A stretch of 64,000 nt of DNA. It comes from Candidatus Enterousia sp. GTDB lineage: Bacteria > Pseudomonadota > Alphaproteobacteria > Rs-D84. This document shows, piece by piece, positions 1 through 9,159 of this stretch. Position 1 is the first letter of the stretch, and each line of letters begins with the position of its first letter. The position numbers were made by a program, and so were the translations under genes. Below the pieces are notes generated by a model. That model made no database searches, was not told the origin of the DNA, and saw only the letters and a list, made by a program, of their open reading frames with translations. Location: NCBI GenBank assembly GCA_045613315.1, contig JAZLAV010000018.1, positions 33,975 through 97,974 on the forward strand. Reading direction: 5' to 3'.

Positions 1-300
1 ACATCACTTGTTACAGATGCGAAAATATTGTTCGGTGTGCCCAGTACTGCATTTGTTCCGCGACCAAAAGTCGAAAGCGCCGTTGTCCAAATTATTCCAA
101 ATGCGAAAAAAATAAATGCGATTGCTGGTGATTTAGAAAAAATTGAATGCGTTACTGCAAAACTTTTTGGACAAAGACGTAAAATGATACGCGGAATAAT
201 GCCCGGGGTTGATTGGGCGAAGTTTGGGTTGGCGGGTACCGAACGTGCCGAAGATTTGTCGCCGGAAATGTTTGTGCAAATTGCACGGTCTGTGTTATAA
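1..300 (+). CDS. rsmA: 16S rRNA dimethyltransferase RsmA/KsgA, C-terminal fragment (gene starts upstream of window)
   Basis: Frame 1 is open from base 1 to TAA at 298-300. The translation ...AFVPRPKVESAVVQIIP...FGQRRKMIRG... matches the conserved C-terminal block of KsgA (E. coli PPPKVDSAVV ... FNQRRKTIRN). Confidence 0.8.
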   Translation, partial: TSLVTDAKILFGVPSTAFVPRPKVESAVVQIIPNAKKINAIAGDLEKIECVTAKLFGQRRKMIRGIMPGVDWAKFGLAGTERAEDLSPEMFVQIARSVL

Positions 301-324
301 TAAAAATAAAAAACGGAGAGAGAA

Positions 325-2028
325 ATGCCATTATCGCTTTTAATATTTTTGGGAGTTTTGTTTGTATTGGTTGGTTTGTTGCGCACGTTGCGTATTGGTG
401 CGTTGGTTGCGTTTTTAGCGGCCGGTATAATATCTGGGCCATACGGGTTAAATCTTTTTGAAATGAACCAGACATGGCAGTTGTTGGGGGATGTGGGCAT
501 TTTGTTTTTATGGTTTAATATTGGTTTGGAAATCAATATGGGGCGTTTATGGGATATGCGCAAAACGATATTTGGCCTGGGCGCGTCCCAGGTGTTAACC
601 GTTGCCGTGATGTTATTCCCGATTTTATTTGGTATAACGGCGTGGTCTGTGATGGGGTGTATAATGGTTGCGCTGGTTTTGGCGATGTCCAGCACGTCCG
701 AAGATTTACAATTATTGGCCGACAGAAACGAATTAAATACAAATGTCGGACACCAGTCGTTTTCAATTTTGCTTTTTCAAGATTTATTGTCGATTCCGAT
801 TTTGGCGATGTTGCCTGTGTTTGCCGGGAAATCGTTTAATTTTGGTGCGGCCGCAATAGATATTGCCGTGTTGTCGATAATGTTAATCGTATCGGTTGTT
901 ATTGTTGGTCGTTGTATATTAAATCCGCTTTTAAAAGGAGTTGTAAAACTGAAATGTCGCGAAGCGTTGTTGTTAACAGTTATGCTTAATATTGCTGTGT
1001 GGGCGGCTGTGTTGGATATGATGGGGTTGCCGGTTGGATTGGGTGCGTTTTTGGCTGGTATGTTAATGTCAGAAACGATTTATCGTCACCAAATCAGTGC
1101 GGAAATAAGTCCATATTCAATGTTATTCTTGGCGTTTTTCTTTATTGCGTTGGGAATGGGACTTAATGTGTCATTGTTAATGGAAAAATGGAATTACATA
1201 TTGGTCGGTTTGGCCGGATTGGTGTTCATAAAATTTGCCGCGTTATTTATGGTGTCGCGTGTGCGTGGTGTTAATGTCCCAGATGCGGTGTTTTTGGCGT
1301 TAATGTTGTCCCAGGGCGGGGAATTTGGATTGCTTATGCTGCAAACGATGAAAAATGCCGGTATCAGTGCGATTCCGCTAACCAGTTCAGAGGTTTTGAC
1401 CGCAATAATAATTATGTCTATTATGACGACTCCAATTTTATTGGCAATGTATGATTTTATGCGTCGACGTGGTTGGATTTTCGCGTCATATCGTCCGCGC
1501 AGTTTGGACCGTTCGGGATTAGAGGTCGCGCCGTCTGTCGTTATTTTGGGGTTCGGCCGTGTCGGGCAAATTGTTGCAAAGTTAATGGAACAAAACAATA
1601 TTTCATATGTTGCGATTGATATGGATGTGAACGCAGTGGTGCGTGGTCGTGAAAACAACTATAACGTTGTGTTCGGTAATTGTAAAAATGCAGATGTATT
1701 GCGTAATTTTGGTTTGCACCCGCGCAAGACCCGTACGGTGATTGTTGCACTTGATAATGCCGAAACGTCCAAGGACGCGTTGCTTACCGTAAAATCGATT
1801 GCGCCACGGGTGCGGATTTTTGCGCGTGCGCGTAATTTGGATGAATGTCGTGTGTTGCGTAAACACGGCGCGTTCAGTGCGATGCCGGAAACAATTGAAT
1901 CGGCAGTTGTGTTGGGATGTCGCGCATTACAGAATATGGATATATCTGATGCGAAATTGAATGTAGCACTGAAAAAGTTGCGCGAAGATGACTATTCAGG
2001 ATTGGAAAATTCTGTGCATTTGGCGTAA
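325..2028 (+). CDS. CPA2-family monovalent cation/H+ antiporter with C-terminal RCK/TrkA-N domain (KefB/KefC-like K+ efflux)
   Basis: 567 aa with a polytopic N-terminal membrane domain and a C-terminal Rossmann-like GFGRVGQIVAKLMEQNNISYVAIDMD typical of KTN/RCK domains. RBS GGAGAG lies upstream of the ATG at 325. Confidence 0.7.
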   Translation: MPLSLLIFLGVLFVLVGLLRTLRIGALVAFLAAGIISGPYGLNLFEMNQTWQLLGDVGILFLWFNIGLEINMGRLWDMRKTIFGLGASQVLTVAVMLFPILFGITAWSVMGCIMVALVLAMSSTSEDLQLLADRNELNTNVGHQSFSILLFQDLLSIPILAMLPVFAGKSFNFGAAAIDIAVLSIMLIVSVVIVGRCILNPLLKGVVKLKCREALLLTVMLNIAVWAAVLDMMGLPVGLGAFLAGMLMSETIYRHQISAEISPYSMLFLAFFFIALGMGLNVSLLMEKWNYILVGLAGLVFIKFAALFMVSRVRGVNVPDAVFLALMLSQGGEFGLLMLQTMKNAGISAIPLTSSEVLTAIIIMSIMTTPILLAMYDFMRRRGWIFASYRPRSLDRSGLEVAPSVVILGFGRVGQIVAKLMEQNNISYVAIDMDVNAVVRGRENNYNVVFGNCKNADVLRNFGLHPRKTRTVIVALDNAETSKDALLTVKSIAPRVRIFARARNLDECRVLRKHGAFSAMPETIESAVVLGCRALQNMDISDAKLNVALKKLREDDYSGLENSVHLA

Positions 2029-2116
2029 TAACTATTGTCCCACATTTGTGGGACATTTTATTTGATTTTATGTACCAATGTTGCTATATTCATTTTCGCA
2101 ACGTAAGGGCGCATAA

Positions 2117-2647
2117 ATGAAAAAATTTTTAAAATATTTACTGATAATTCTGGCGATAATTTTGCTGGACCAAATATCCAAAGATATACTGATTGCGTTA
2201 ATAACAGGGCATGTGCCGTTGGTGGCGCCTGCGTGGGAACTGATACCGGTGCCGTATTTAATGGCGCATGTAAACGATTTGTTTAATGTTGTGTTTACGT
2301 GGAATCCGGGGACATCGTTTTCAATGTTCCGTGTTTTGGGGGAAACAGCACCGTTTGTAATAATTGTTGCAACCGCATTTGTGATTGGGTTTATATTATA
2401 CTATCTTTTTGTGCGGGCAATGAATTATGAACGGTTGTCGTTGGCCTTTATTGCGGGTGGGGCGTTGGGAAATTTAATAGACCGTGTGCGTTTTGGGGCG
2501 GTAATCGATTTTCTGGATTTTCATATTGGTGGGGCGCATTGGCCGGCATTTAATGTGGCGGATGCATTTATATGTATTGGGGTTGGGTTGTATATTTTAA
2601 ATTGGTTCATTGCGCGTCGTCGTTGTATTCGTGCAAACAAACAATAG
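2117..2647 (+). CDS. lspA: lipoprotein signal peptidase II
   Basis: 176 aa, four TM segments, with the SPase II motifs NPGTSFSMF and FNVADAFICIGVGLYI. Confidence 0.85.
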   Translation: MKKFLKYLLIILAIILLDQISKDILIALITGHVPLVAPAWELIPVPYLMAHVNDLFNVVFTWNPGTSFSMFRVLGETAPFVIIVATAFVIGFILYYLFVRAMNYERLSLAFIAGGALGNLIDRVRFGAVIDFLDFHIGGAHWPAFNVADAFICIGVGLYILNWFIARRRCIRANKQ

Positions 2648-2655
2648 GATGAAAA

Positions 2656-4212
2656 ATGGTTCAATATCTGGATAATAATAATTCTGGTTTTGCGATGTGG
2701 AACGCAAATAAATCGGCAACGCGCAAACGCAGTGGTTTGGGAATTTTGTGGTGGTTTCTTATATTTATGGTGTCGTGGTGGGCATTTGGTACAATTTTTG
2801 GCGATAAACCCAAGACGGATGTTTTGTCCGAAACGGACGTTATTGAACAAGATGTGTCGGCGGTACCCTTAAATAAAATCGCGTCTGATAAAATAAATGC
2901 CGATGTTCGCGGGCTGCGCGTGTCGAACATTGAATTGAACGAATTCCCAGATGGTGCGGAAAATGTAAAATTATTATCTGGGGAAAAAGATTTTATTGAA
3001 ATCGGTTTGAATGCAAACGGAACAATTGCGCCGGTTGCAGATACGGTGTGGAACAATGTGGGCGACAAATACACATGGCGTAATTCAGATGGTGTTGAAT
3101 TTAACCGCGTCGTTTCGGTTTCTGATTATGTAATAACAATCAACGATGAAATAAAAAATAATTCTGATCGTGATTTTTCTTTTTCGCCGTATGTGCGTAT
3201 TCGTCGAAATAATGATCATGTGACGTCTGCGGGTGTTTATACGGGGGCGGTTGCGTTGGTAAATGGCGATGTTGAACACAATGATTGGCGCGCAATCGCC
3301 AAAAAACCACGTGCATATACCACAACAAATGGATTTGCGGGATTTGCAGACCAGTATTGGGAAACGGTTGTTAAAATTGATACGCCGGATCAAACAATTC
3401 GTGCCCAGAAAAACGGCGATACATATGGTATTGAAACAACTGCGCGCCCGGTTATGGTTTCTGCGGGTGATGCCAAAAATGTAATAACACATATTTTTGC
3501 AGGGCCCCGTGACGGTCGCATTTTGCGCGATGTGGAACGGAATATTTCCGGTATCGAAAAAACGGTTGATTATGGGTGGTTCTGGTTCTTGGCAATGCCG
3601 ATGTTGTGGTTAATTAACACGATAAATGCGTTTGTTATGAATTATGGAATTGCCATTATTATTATGACGATTTTGCTGCGTTTGGCGATGTGGCCATTGA
3701 CGCGCAAATCATACACATCCATGGCGGCGATGCAGAAAATGCAGCCCGAAATGCAACGGATTCAGAAACTTTACGCAAATGACAAACAGCGTATGCAGTT
3801 GGAAATGATGAAACTGTATCAGACGCATAAAACATCGCCGATGTCGGGTTGTTTGCCGATGTTGATTCAGATTCCAATTTTCTTTGCGTTATATAAAGCG
3901 TTGCTGATTTCGGTGCAAATGCGTAATGCACATTTTCTGTGGATATCTGATTTGGCGGTGATGGATCCGTATTTCATTTTGCCGATACTGATGGGGCTGT
4001 CAATGTGGTTGCAACAGCGTTTGCAGTCGGGTGCAACCAAATCGTCCGATAAAAACGATGTTGCGGCACAAACACAACGTGCGATGCGTTGGATGCCGAT
4101 TATATTTACAGTAATGTTTGCGTGGATGCCGGCCGGGTTGGTGTTGTATTGGACTGTATCAAATCTGTTCGGAATCGTGCAGATGTATATAATAAAACGT
4201 AAAATGAAATAA
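2656..4212 (+). CDS. yidC: membrane protein insertase YidC
   Basis: 518 aa. The C-terminal 60-kDa IMP region MWPLTRKSYTSMAAMQKMQPEMQRIQKLY...MSGCLPMLIQIPIFFALYKAL is a clear YidC/Oxa1 core. Confidence 0.85.
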   Translation: MVQYLDNNNSGFAMWNANKSATRKRSGLGILWWFLIFMVSWWAFGTIFGDKPKTDVLSETDVIEQDVSAVPLNKIASDKINADVRGLRVSNIELNEFPDGAENVKLLSGEKDFIEIGLNANGTIAPVADTVWNNVGDKYTWRNSDGVEFNRVVSVSDYVITINDEIKNNSDRDFSFSPYVRIRRNNDHVTSAGVYTGAVALVNGDVEHNDWRAIAKKPRAYTTTNGFAGFADQYWETVVKIDTPDQTIRAQKNGDTYGIETTARPVMVSAGDAKNVITHIFAGPRDGRILRDVERNISGIEKTVDYGWFWFLAMPMLWLINTINAFVMNYGIAIIIMTILLRLAMWPLTRKSYTSMAAMQKMQPEMQRIQKLYANDKQRMQLEMMKLYQTHKTSPMSGCLPMLIQIPIFFALYKALLISVQMRNAHFLWISDLAVMDPYFILPILMGLSMWLQQRLQSGATKSSDKNDVAAQTQRAMRWMPIIFTVMFAWMPAGLVLYWTVSNLFGIVQMYIIKRKMK

Positions 4213-4213
4213 T

Positions 4214-4243
4214 AAAAATGCCCGTTCGGGCATTTTTATTATT
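4214..4243 (+). terminator. rho-independent terminator after yidC
   Basis: aaaaatgcccgttcgggcatttttatt: GC stem, 3-nt loop, T-run. Confidence 0.7.
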
Positions 4244-4577
4244 GTACCAGGTATCGATACAGTGCATATGGCGTCTGGATTGTGCGTGCGGTGACACCAA
4301 TTGCGCGTTTCGATAAATCGACACATGAATATGCGTGTGTTTGGGTAAATTCATGCGGGGCGTCAATCGGAACATATACAAATTGCCATCCGTGCATGCG
4401 CAAAATACGAATGTCGCGTGTGGTAAAATATATCTTTTCAATTTTGCCAGGCCGTACAAATTGATACATGACAAGTTTTTTGCCAAATTGAAATATCGGT
4501 GCACAATGCCGAAATTTTCGACACAGTAAACGTGGCAATACCTTGGACGTGTTATGTGAAAATGCGATGATAATCAT
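4239..4577 (-). CDS. hypothetical protein (112 aa), downstream of virB10
   Basis: Intact ORF with a GGGGG RBS 6-8 nt upstream of the ATG. No recognisable domain. Confidence 0.4.
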   Translation of the reverse strand: MIIIAFSHNTSKVLPRLLCRKFRHCAPIFQFGKKLVMYQFVRPGKIEKIYFTTRDIRILRMHGWQFVYVPIDAPHEFTQTHAYSCVDLSKRAIGVTARTIQTPYALYRYLVQ

Positions 4578-4596
4578 AATTATTCCCCCGGGTTGT

Positions 4597-4941
4597 TTAT
4601 TTGTTTATCCAACCGCGGATGATGGCGGCGTGCTCGATTGTTTCCATGGCATCGTGCCACAATGCCGCGGCACGATTTTCCGCCCAGATATATTGGTGCG
4701 GGGCACGACGACGATCGCCATATTTTTTCATGACCCCCAATTGTTCGTCGGTTAATTTCCCGCACAGATACAATTTTGTCACCAATGATTCAACATCCAT
4801 CAATTCGCACACGCGACGGGTCGGATTGCCATGTTGGCGTGTAAAACCATTTTGAACCGATTTGGAATACAAGAACCAAAACCATAATTGTTCGGCGCTT
4901 TGGAATTTTTCTGGTGTATATGCGATTTGTGTTTTTGTCAT
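4597..4941 (-). CDS. hypothetical protein (114 aa)
   Basis: Intact ORF with a GGGAG RBS upstream. No domain recognised. Confidence 0.4.
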   Translation of the reverse strand: MTKTQIAYTPEKFQSAEQLWFWFLYSKSVQNGFTRQHGNPTRRVCELMDVESLVTKLYLCGKLTDEQLGVMKKYGDRRRAPHQYIWAENRAAALWHDAMETIEHAAIIRGWINK

Positions 4942-5178
4942 TTGTTTTTCTCCCTTGGTAAATTAAATTTAATGTATTTATAGACACGAATTAGAACGAT
5001 ATTAAATATTACAACCGCCGGTTGAAGTGCGAATCGGTTTTCCGATTCGTGTATAGAATTTGGTTTTGTGTAATCGAATCGGCCGTTGCGGTTTGTTTTT
5101 AATAAAAACCGCGCATTTAATGCGCGGTTTTATTGCATATGGTACATTATGAAGAGTTCATTGTGCCCCCCCGTGGAT

Positions 5179-5212
5179 AAAAAATAACCCGCATCGTGCG
5201 GGTTATTTTTAT
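5179..5212 (-). terminator. terminator hairpin downstream of virB10
   Basis: aaaaaataacccgcatcgtgcgggttattttt: an inverted repeat flanked by A/T runs. On the minus strand it follows the virB10 stop at 5232. A second hairpin sits at 5104-5134 (aaaaaccgcgcatttaatgcgcggtttt). Confidence 0.6.
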
Positions 5213-5231
5213 GGTTAACTTATCTTTACCA

Positions 5232-7580
5232 TCACAAAATCGGTGGAAAACAATCGCCACCCGTTTGTGGACAGCAATTGAATCCTTGGTCACCCATATC
5301 GGTATAAATTTCGCCGGTACAGCAACCGTTTGCATCCGGTGCCAATCCGTCTTCACAGGTTATAATGTTTTCCGTCGGTGCCGTTTCAACGGGCAACTTT
5401 TCTGATTGGTACGGATTCTTTATCGAACCATCGTCATTATATTTCAATCCCAAAACCTGTTCGTTATAGGTTTTTGTATCGGTGGCTTTACTGGCGATAC
5501 TGTTGTTGTTGCTTGTGGATTGTTGATTTTGATAAACTGCTTCCTGGCGAGCATTATTTATTGCCTGGTAATTACTGGCCTGGCAATATGCAACCAGTGT
5601 ACTGTACGAATACCCCAATTTATTTAACGCATCCGCGATGACGGCATTATAATCCATTGCACGCAACGCACCGGTTTTGGAATCTGTAATACAATATTGC
5701 GACAGGTTAAACGAACGTGCCTGGCCAACCCACGAACCGTCGTCATAATCGGCCTTGGCGTCCCAATGGGGAACCGAACGAACAACGGTTGCCCTGTTCG
5801 CTGCGCCGTTCATATAGCATTTTTTACTGCCGTCTGTACAAGCAACCATCAAATCATACGGTGAATAAACTGTAATGCGTGTACCGGCCGGAATTGTGAA
5901 CGGTGGAACGGTATTGTCCATCATATCAACCAATAACTTTTGTGCCACCTGGTTCCAGGCGGTAATAATTTCATTTTTCGCCAGTTCAGATGAACGCATT
6001 GTTCCGCTTTGCACAACCGTGTTGTTGTCCAAATCAATTTGATTAACAAATTTATCGGCAACGGGTGCAATCATATTTACCGCCGCCGGTACAATGGCGG
6101 TTAACATCGGCATAACAAATTGTTCCAAGTAATCGGTACTGCCGCGACCGGGCACACCAACACGTCCCTGGGCATCGGCCGATGTTGGTTCGGTACCATT
6201 TTGGAAATTAAATTCAACGCCGTTTGGTAAAACAAATTGATACCATTTTATATTCATACGACCAATTGCCTTGTACGGGCCCGGAACATTTCCGGTGACA
6301 TAGCCCAACATAAGTGTTCCCGTGGGAATAATGATTGTTCGACCGTTATCTGAATATACGTTTCTATCAACTGTGGCACGCACAGGGAAATGCAGATTAT
6401 CGGCTTCCAGTGCAGCATCCGCCCGAACGTCGGAAACAATCGTTGCGGGAATCGGTTTGTATTGGCGCAATATAAATGTTCGGTCGTATGGTTGGGTTGC
6501 AACAATGGCATTTTGGTCCGTGGTGCCATAGGACACATCTGTATCCGGTTGCTTCGTTACCAGTTTTTTCATGCCCCCAGTCGGCGCGTCGGCAACAACG
6601 GCATCGGTTGCGCGCACGGATGTTTTACGTGCCCATGGCGCGTCATTCAATGTTGGCATATTGCCAGACGATACAACATTTCCAATATGTTCGGCATCGG
6701 TACCGATGCGTTTGCCATCACCGTTAATGTCGGTGATAATACCGCTGTCCGGGTTGTAAACACCGGTGGCGTTTTTGCATTCTGTATCTGAAAAAGGATG
6801 AAAATAGTATGCACCGTGTTCCGGTTTTATCCAACCAATTTGATTGCCCGATGCATCATATCCCGGGAACGCAAAATCAGAACAAGATTCCGACGCACGT
6901 GCGACCGGTTTTGGTTCTTCAATCGGTGTCGAAATTTCCTTTTTCCCGGCGAACGGGTCGGCGGGCGCAATCGTTTTTATTTCCGATTCAATTTCGTTGA
7001 CCGCGGGTTTCACAACGGGTTCCGGTTCCACGATTGGTTTTGCAACCGGTTTCGGTGTTTCTTTGATTTCAGGTGCGGTGGCGCCCAAAATAACAGTTAT
7101 TTTTTCCGCTGTTTTCATCGTGTCGGGTTCCGATGCCGCGCGCCAATCAACATACATTGTCACCGTTTCCGGTTTCATTGCGATATTTGGTGCGTATTCC
7201 AAAATCACACGGCACGGAATCGCAGCGGTTATTTCGCCGGCATCCGTACAGGTCGTTTTTACATTAAATCCATCGATTTCCTTGTTCCGGCGAACGGTTG
7301 CACGGGCGGGCGCATTGGTTTTTACGGTAATTGTTTCGGTTTTTTTTGTACCAACCATAACATTTGCCCAATCAACAGTGTCATTGGACAACGTGACCTT
7401 GACCTGGACATCATTTACCTTTTGAGTGTTTTTTTTCGCCCTGCCGCCGCCAATTAACAATGTTAACAGTATAACAACAACCAAAAATGCCGCCCCCAAC
7501 AGCAACCATTGAACGTATTTTGGTGTTGTATTGCGCAAATCTGAAAATTGCTGGCCAAGTTTATTCATGTTAATTCGCAC
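5232..7580 (-). CDS. virB10: type IV secretion system protein VirB10/TrbI family, with about 200-aa Cys-rich C-terminal extension
   Basis: N-terminal TM (WLLLGAAFLVVVILLTLLIGG), a Pro-rich linker (KETPKPVAKPIVEPEPVVKPAVNE), and the VirB10 C-terminal barrel region (NGRTIIIPTGTLMLGYVTG...ADAQGRVGVPGRGSTDYLEQF...FTIPAGTRITVYSPYDL). Possible starts are GTG at 7580 or ATG at 7568. Confidence 0.75.
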   Translation of the reverse strand: MRINMNKLGQQFSDLRNTTPKYVQWLLLGAAFLVVVILLTLLIGGGRAKKNTQKVNDVQVKVTLSNDTVDWANVMVGTKKTETITVKTNAPARATVRRNKEIDGFNVKTTCTDAGEITAAIPCRVILEYAPNIAMKPETVTMYVDWRAASEPDTMKTAEKITVILGATAPEIKETPKPVAKPIVEPEPVVKPAVNEIESEIKTIAPADPFAGKKEISTPIEEPKPVARASESCSDFAFPGYDASGNQIGWIKPEHGAYYFHPFSDTECKNATGVYNPDSGIITDINGDGKRIGTDAEHIGNVVSSGNMPTLNDAPWARKTSVRATDAVVADAPTGGMKKLVTKQPDTDVSYGTTDQNAIVATQPYDRTFILRQYKPIPATIVSDVRADAALEADNLHFPVRATVDRNVYSDNGRTIIIPTGTLMLGYVTGNVPGPYKAIGRMNIKWYQFVLPNGVEFNFQNGTEPTSADAQGRVGVPGRGSTDYLEQFVMPMLTAIVPAAVNMIAPVADKFVNQIDLDNNTVVQSGTMRSSELAKNEIITAWNQVAQKLLVDMMDNTVPPFTIPAGTRITVYSPYDLMVACTDGSKKCYMNGAANRATVVRSVPHWDAKADYDDGSWVGQARSFNLSQYCITDSKTGALRAMDYNAVIADALNKLGYSYSTLVAYCQASNYQAINNARQEAVYQNQQSTSNNNSIASKATDTKTYNEQVLGLKYNDDGSIKNPYQSEKLPVETAPTENIITCEDGLAPDANGCCTGEIYTDMGDQGFNCCPQTGGDCFPPIL

Positions 7581-7589
7581 CCGAAATAA

Positions 7590-9131
7590 TTATTGTATTC
7601 TTACCACGTTGCAACTGGCACCACTGAACTTTAACAATTGGTCGCACAGTTTTTGTGCCGTTTCAATGTCTGCCATTGGCCCGATGCGTAAACGATACAG
7701 ACGCGCGGTCGTTGAACCCGCACCCAATTCACCGACACCCTGTTCGTCGACAGCAAAGAACACCTTGTCCTTGTACGGGGTAAGCAACCCAGAACCATTT
7801 TCACCACTGAATTTTGCCAACAGGCCAACCCAATAATCATCCAATGCTTTGACCGAGGTGTCGGATTTCAATTCAACCGCGACGCCGGTTTGATTGCTGG
7901 AAATAATGGGAATGTTCGATTGCGGTAAATATGAACCCGCCGTCACACGTTCGGTTGGCATCATCGTAACCGCCCCAGACGATGTAGTGCCTGTGATTGT
8001 TGGTTGTGGATATACCTGGCCTGCGACAAAACCAGACGGCATATAATAACCCGCTGGATTTGTGTTTTGGACATTTCCAACCATAACTGGTGTGCCGGTG
8101 TAGTTTACCCCGGCCGCGTTAATCGCGTTCACATCATATCCATATGCCATCGTATTTAACGATTGACCGGACATCATGGATTGTGCAACGTTGGCCTCGG
8201 CCAATGCCATAACGGAATTGGTATCCGCAATAAGGAACGGTTTTTCGCGCTTTTTAATGCACACTATGCGTTGACCACTGCGCAGAACCATATCGCCAAC
8301 GGCTTCTACTATCAATAAACGTCCATCTTCACCGTCGGTGCGGAATCCAACCGGGGATTCGCCGCCTTCGACCAATAATGATACGACGGGACGCTGGGTC
8401 ATGGCAATAACCTTGTCCCCAAAGTCAATATATGTAAATATGCGATCGCGCCATACGCGTTCGGGCGCAATTACATAGTCGTCCGGGTTCGGAACAAATA
8501 TATCCAAATCGAAACGAAATTCAGATGGATCAATCTTCATAGATTTAATCCAACCATAATCTTCGCCGTCAACACCAATGGTGCCACCCGATGTCTTGGT
8601 TGTCTTTTTGAATATAGACGACATTCCGCCCGCGGCCGTGGTGGTTGTGCCCGCTATATTTGGCAATGCCGCGTTACCATCCATAACCACTTCCACCTGG
8701 GAATAGGTAATTTCAGACGAATTTGTTGGTTCCGCGCGAAGATAGAAAATATACTGATTGCCCGATTTGCCAGACACAATCATATTTGTGTCGCCACCCT
8801 GGGTATTGGCATTTGGGGTAATGTACATCACGTTTGCGCCCGGGGTTGTGTCGATTTGGAACATACCATCGTTTCCGATAGTCGCCTCGTCAATCTGTTC
8901 GCCGGTGGGCAACGATATCATTGTCACCATGCCACTGCGTAATCTTATTGGTAAAACGGTTCCCTTGGACCAAGATAGTTGTGCGTATCCGGGTTTCGTA
9001 CTGCCCGCGGCCATGTTGGCATTCGGATTGTTCCACGCGGTTTGCACCGCCATAGCATTCAATGGTGCCGTGCACACAATCGCCAAACACAGTAATGATA
9101 CATTTATTTTTAAGGTATTCAAAAAAGTCAT
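7590..9131 (-). CDS. virB9: type IV secretion system protein VirB9/TrbG family, fused to C-terminal SPOR-like domain
   Basis: Signal peptide, then a VirB9 N-domain (PIRLRSGMVTMISLPTGEQI...TNMIVSGKSGNQYIFYLRA) and C-domain (RIFTYIDFGDKVIAMTQRPVVSLLVEGG...LRSGQRIVCIKK). The roughly 95-aa C-terminal tail ...LYRLRIGPMADIETAQKLCDQLLKFSGASCNVVRI resembles SPOR peptidoglycan-binding domains. Confidence 0.75.
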   Translation of the reverse strand: MTFLNTLKINVSLLCLAIVCTAPLNAMAVQTAWNNPNANMAAGSTKPGYAQLSWSKGTVLPIRLRSGMVTMISLPTGEQIDEATIGNDGMFQIDTTPGANVMYITPNANTQGGDTNMIVSGKSGNQYIFYLRAEPTNSSEITYSQVEVVMDGNAALPNIAGTTTTAAGGMSSIFKKTTKTSGGTIGVDGEDYGWIKSMKIDPSEFRFDLDIFVPNPDDYVIAPERVWRDRIFTYIDFGDKVIAMTQRPVVSLLVEGGESPVGFRTDGEDGRLLIVEAVGDMVLRSGQRIVCIKKREKPFLIADTNSVMALAEANVAQSMMSGQSLNTMAYGYDVNAINAAGVNYTGTPVMVGNVQNTNPAGYYMPSGFVAGQVYPQPTITGTTSSGAVTMMPTERVTAGSYLPQSNIPIISSNQTGVAVELKSDTSVKALDDYWVGLLAKFSGENGSGLLTPYKDKVFFAVDEQGVGELGAGSTTARLYRLRIGPMADIETAQKLCDQLLKFSGASCNVVRIQ

Positions 9132-9159
9132 GCCGTTCTTTCCTTTCTTGTGTTCAGGG

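Noticed and set aside
6798-7457. 219-aa and 193-aa plus-strand ORFs
   Set aside because: Antisense to virB10; repetitive RF/CR-rich junk translation.
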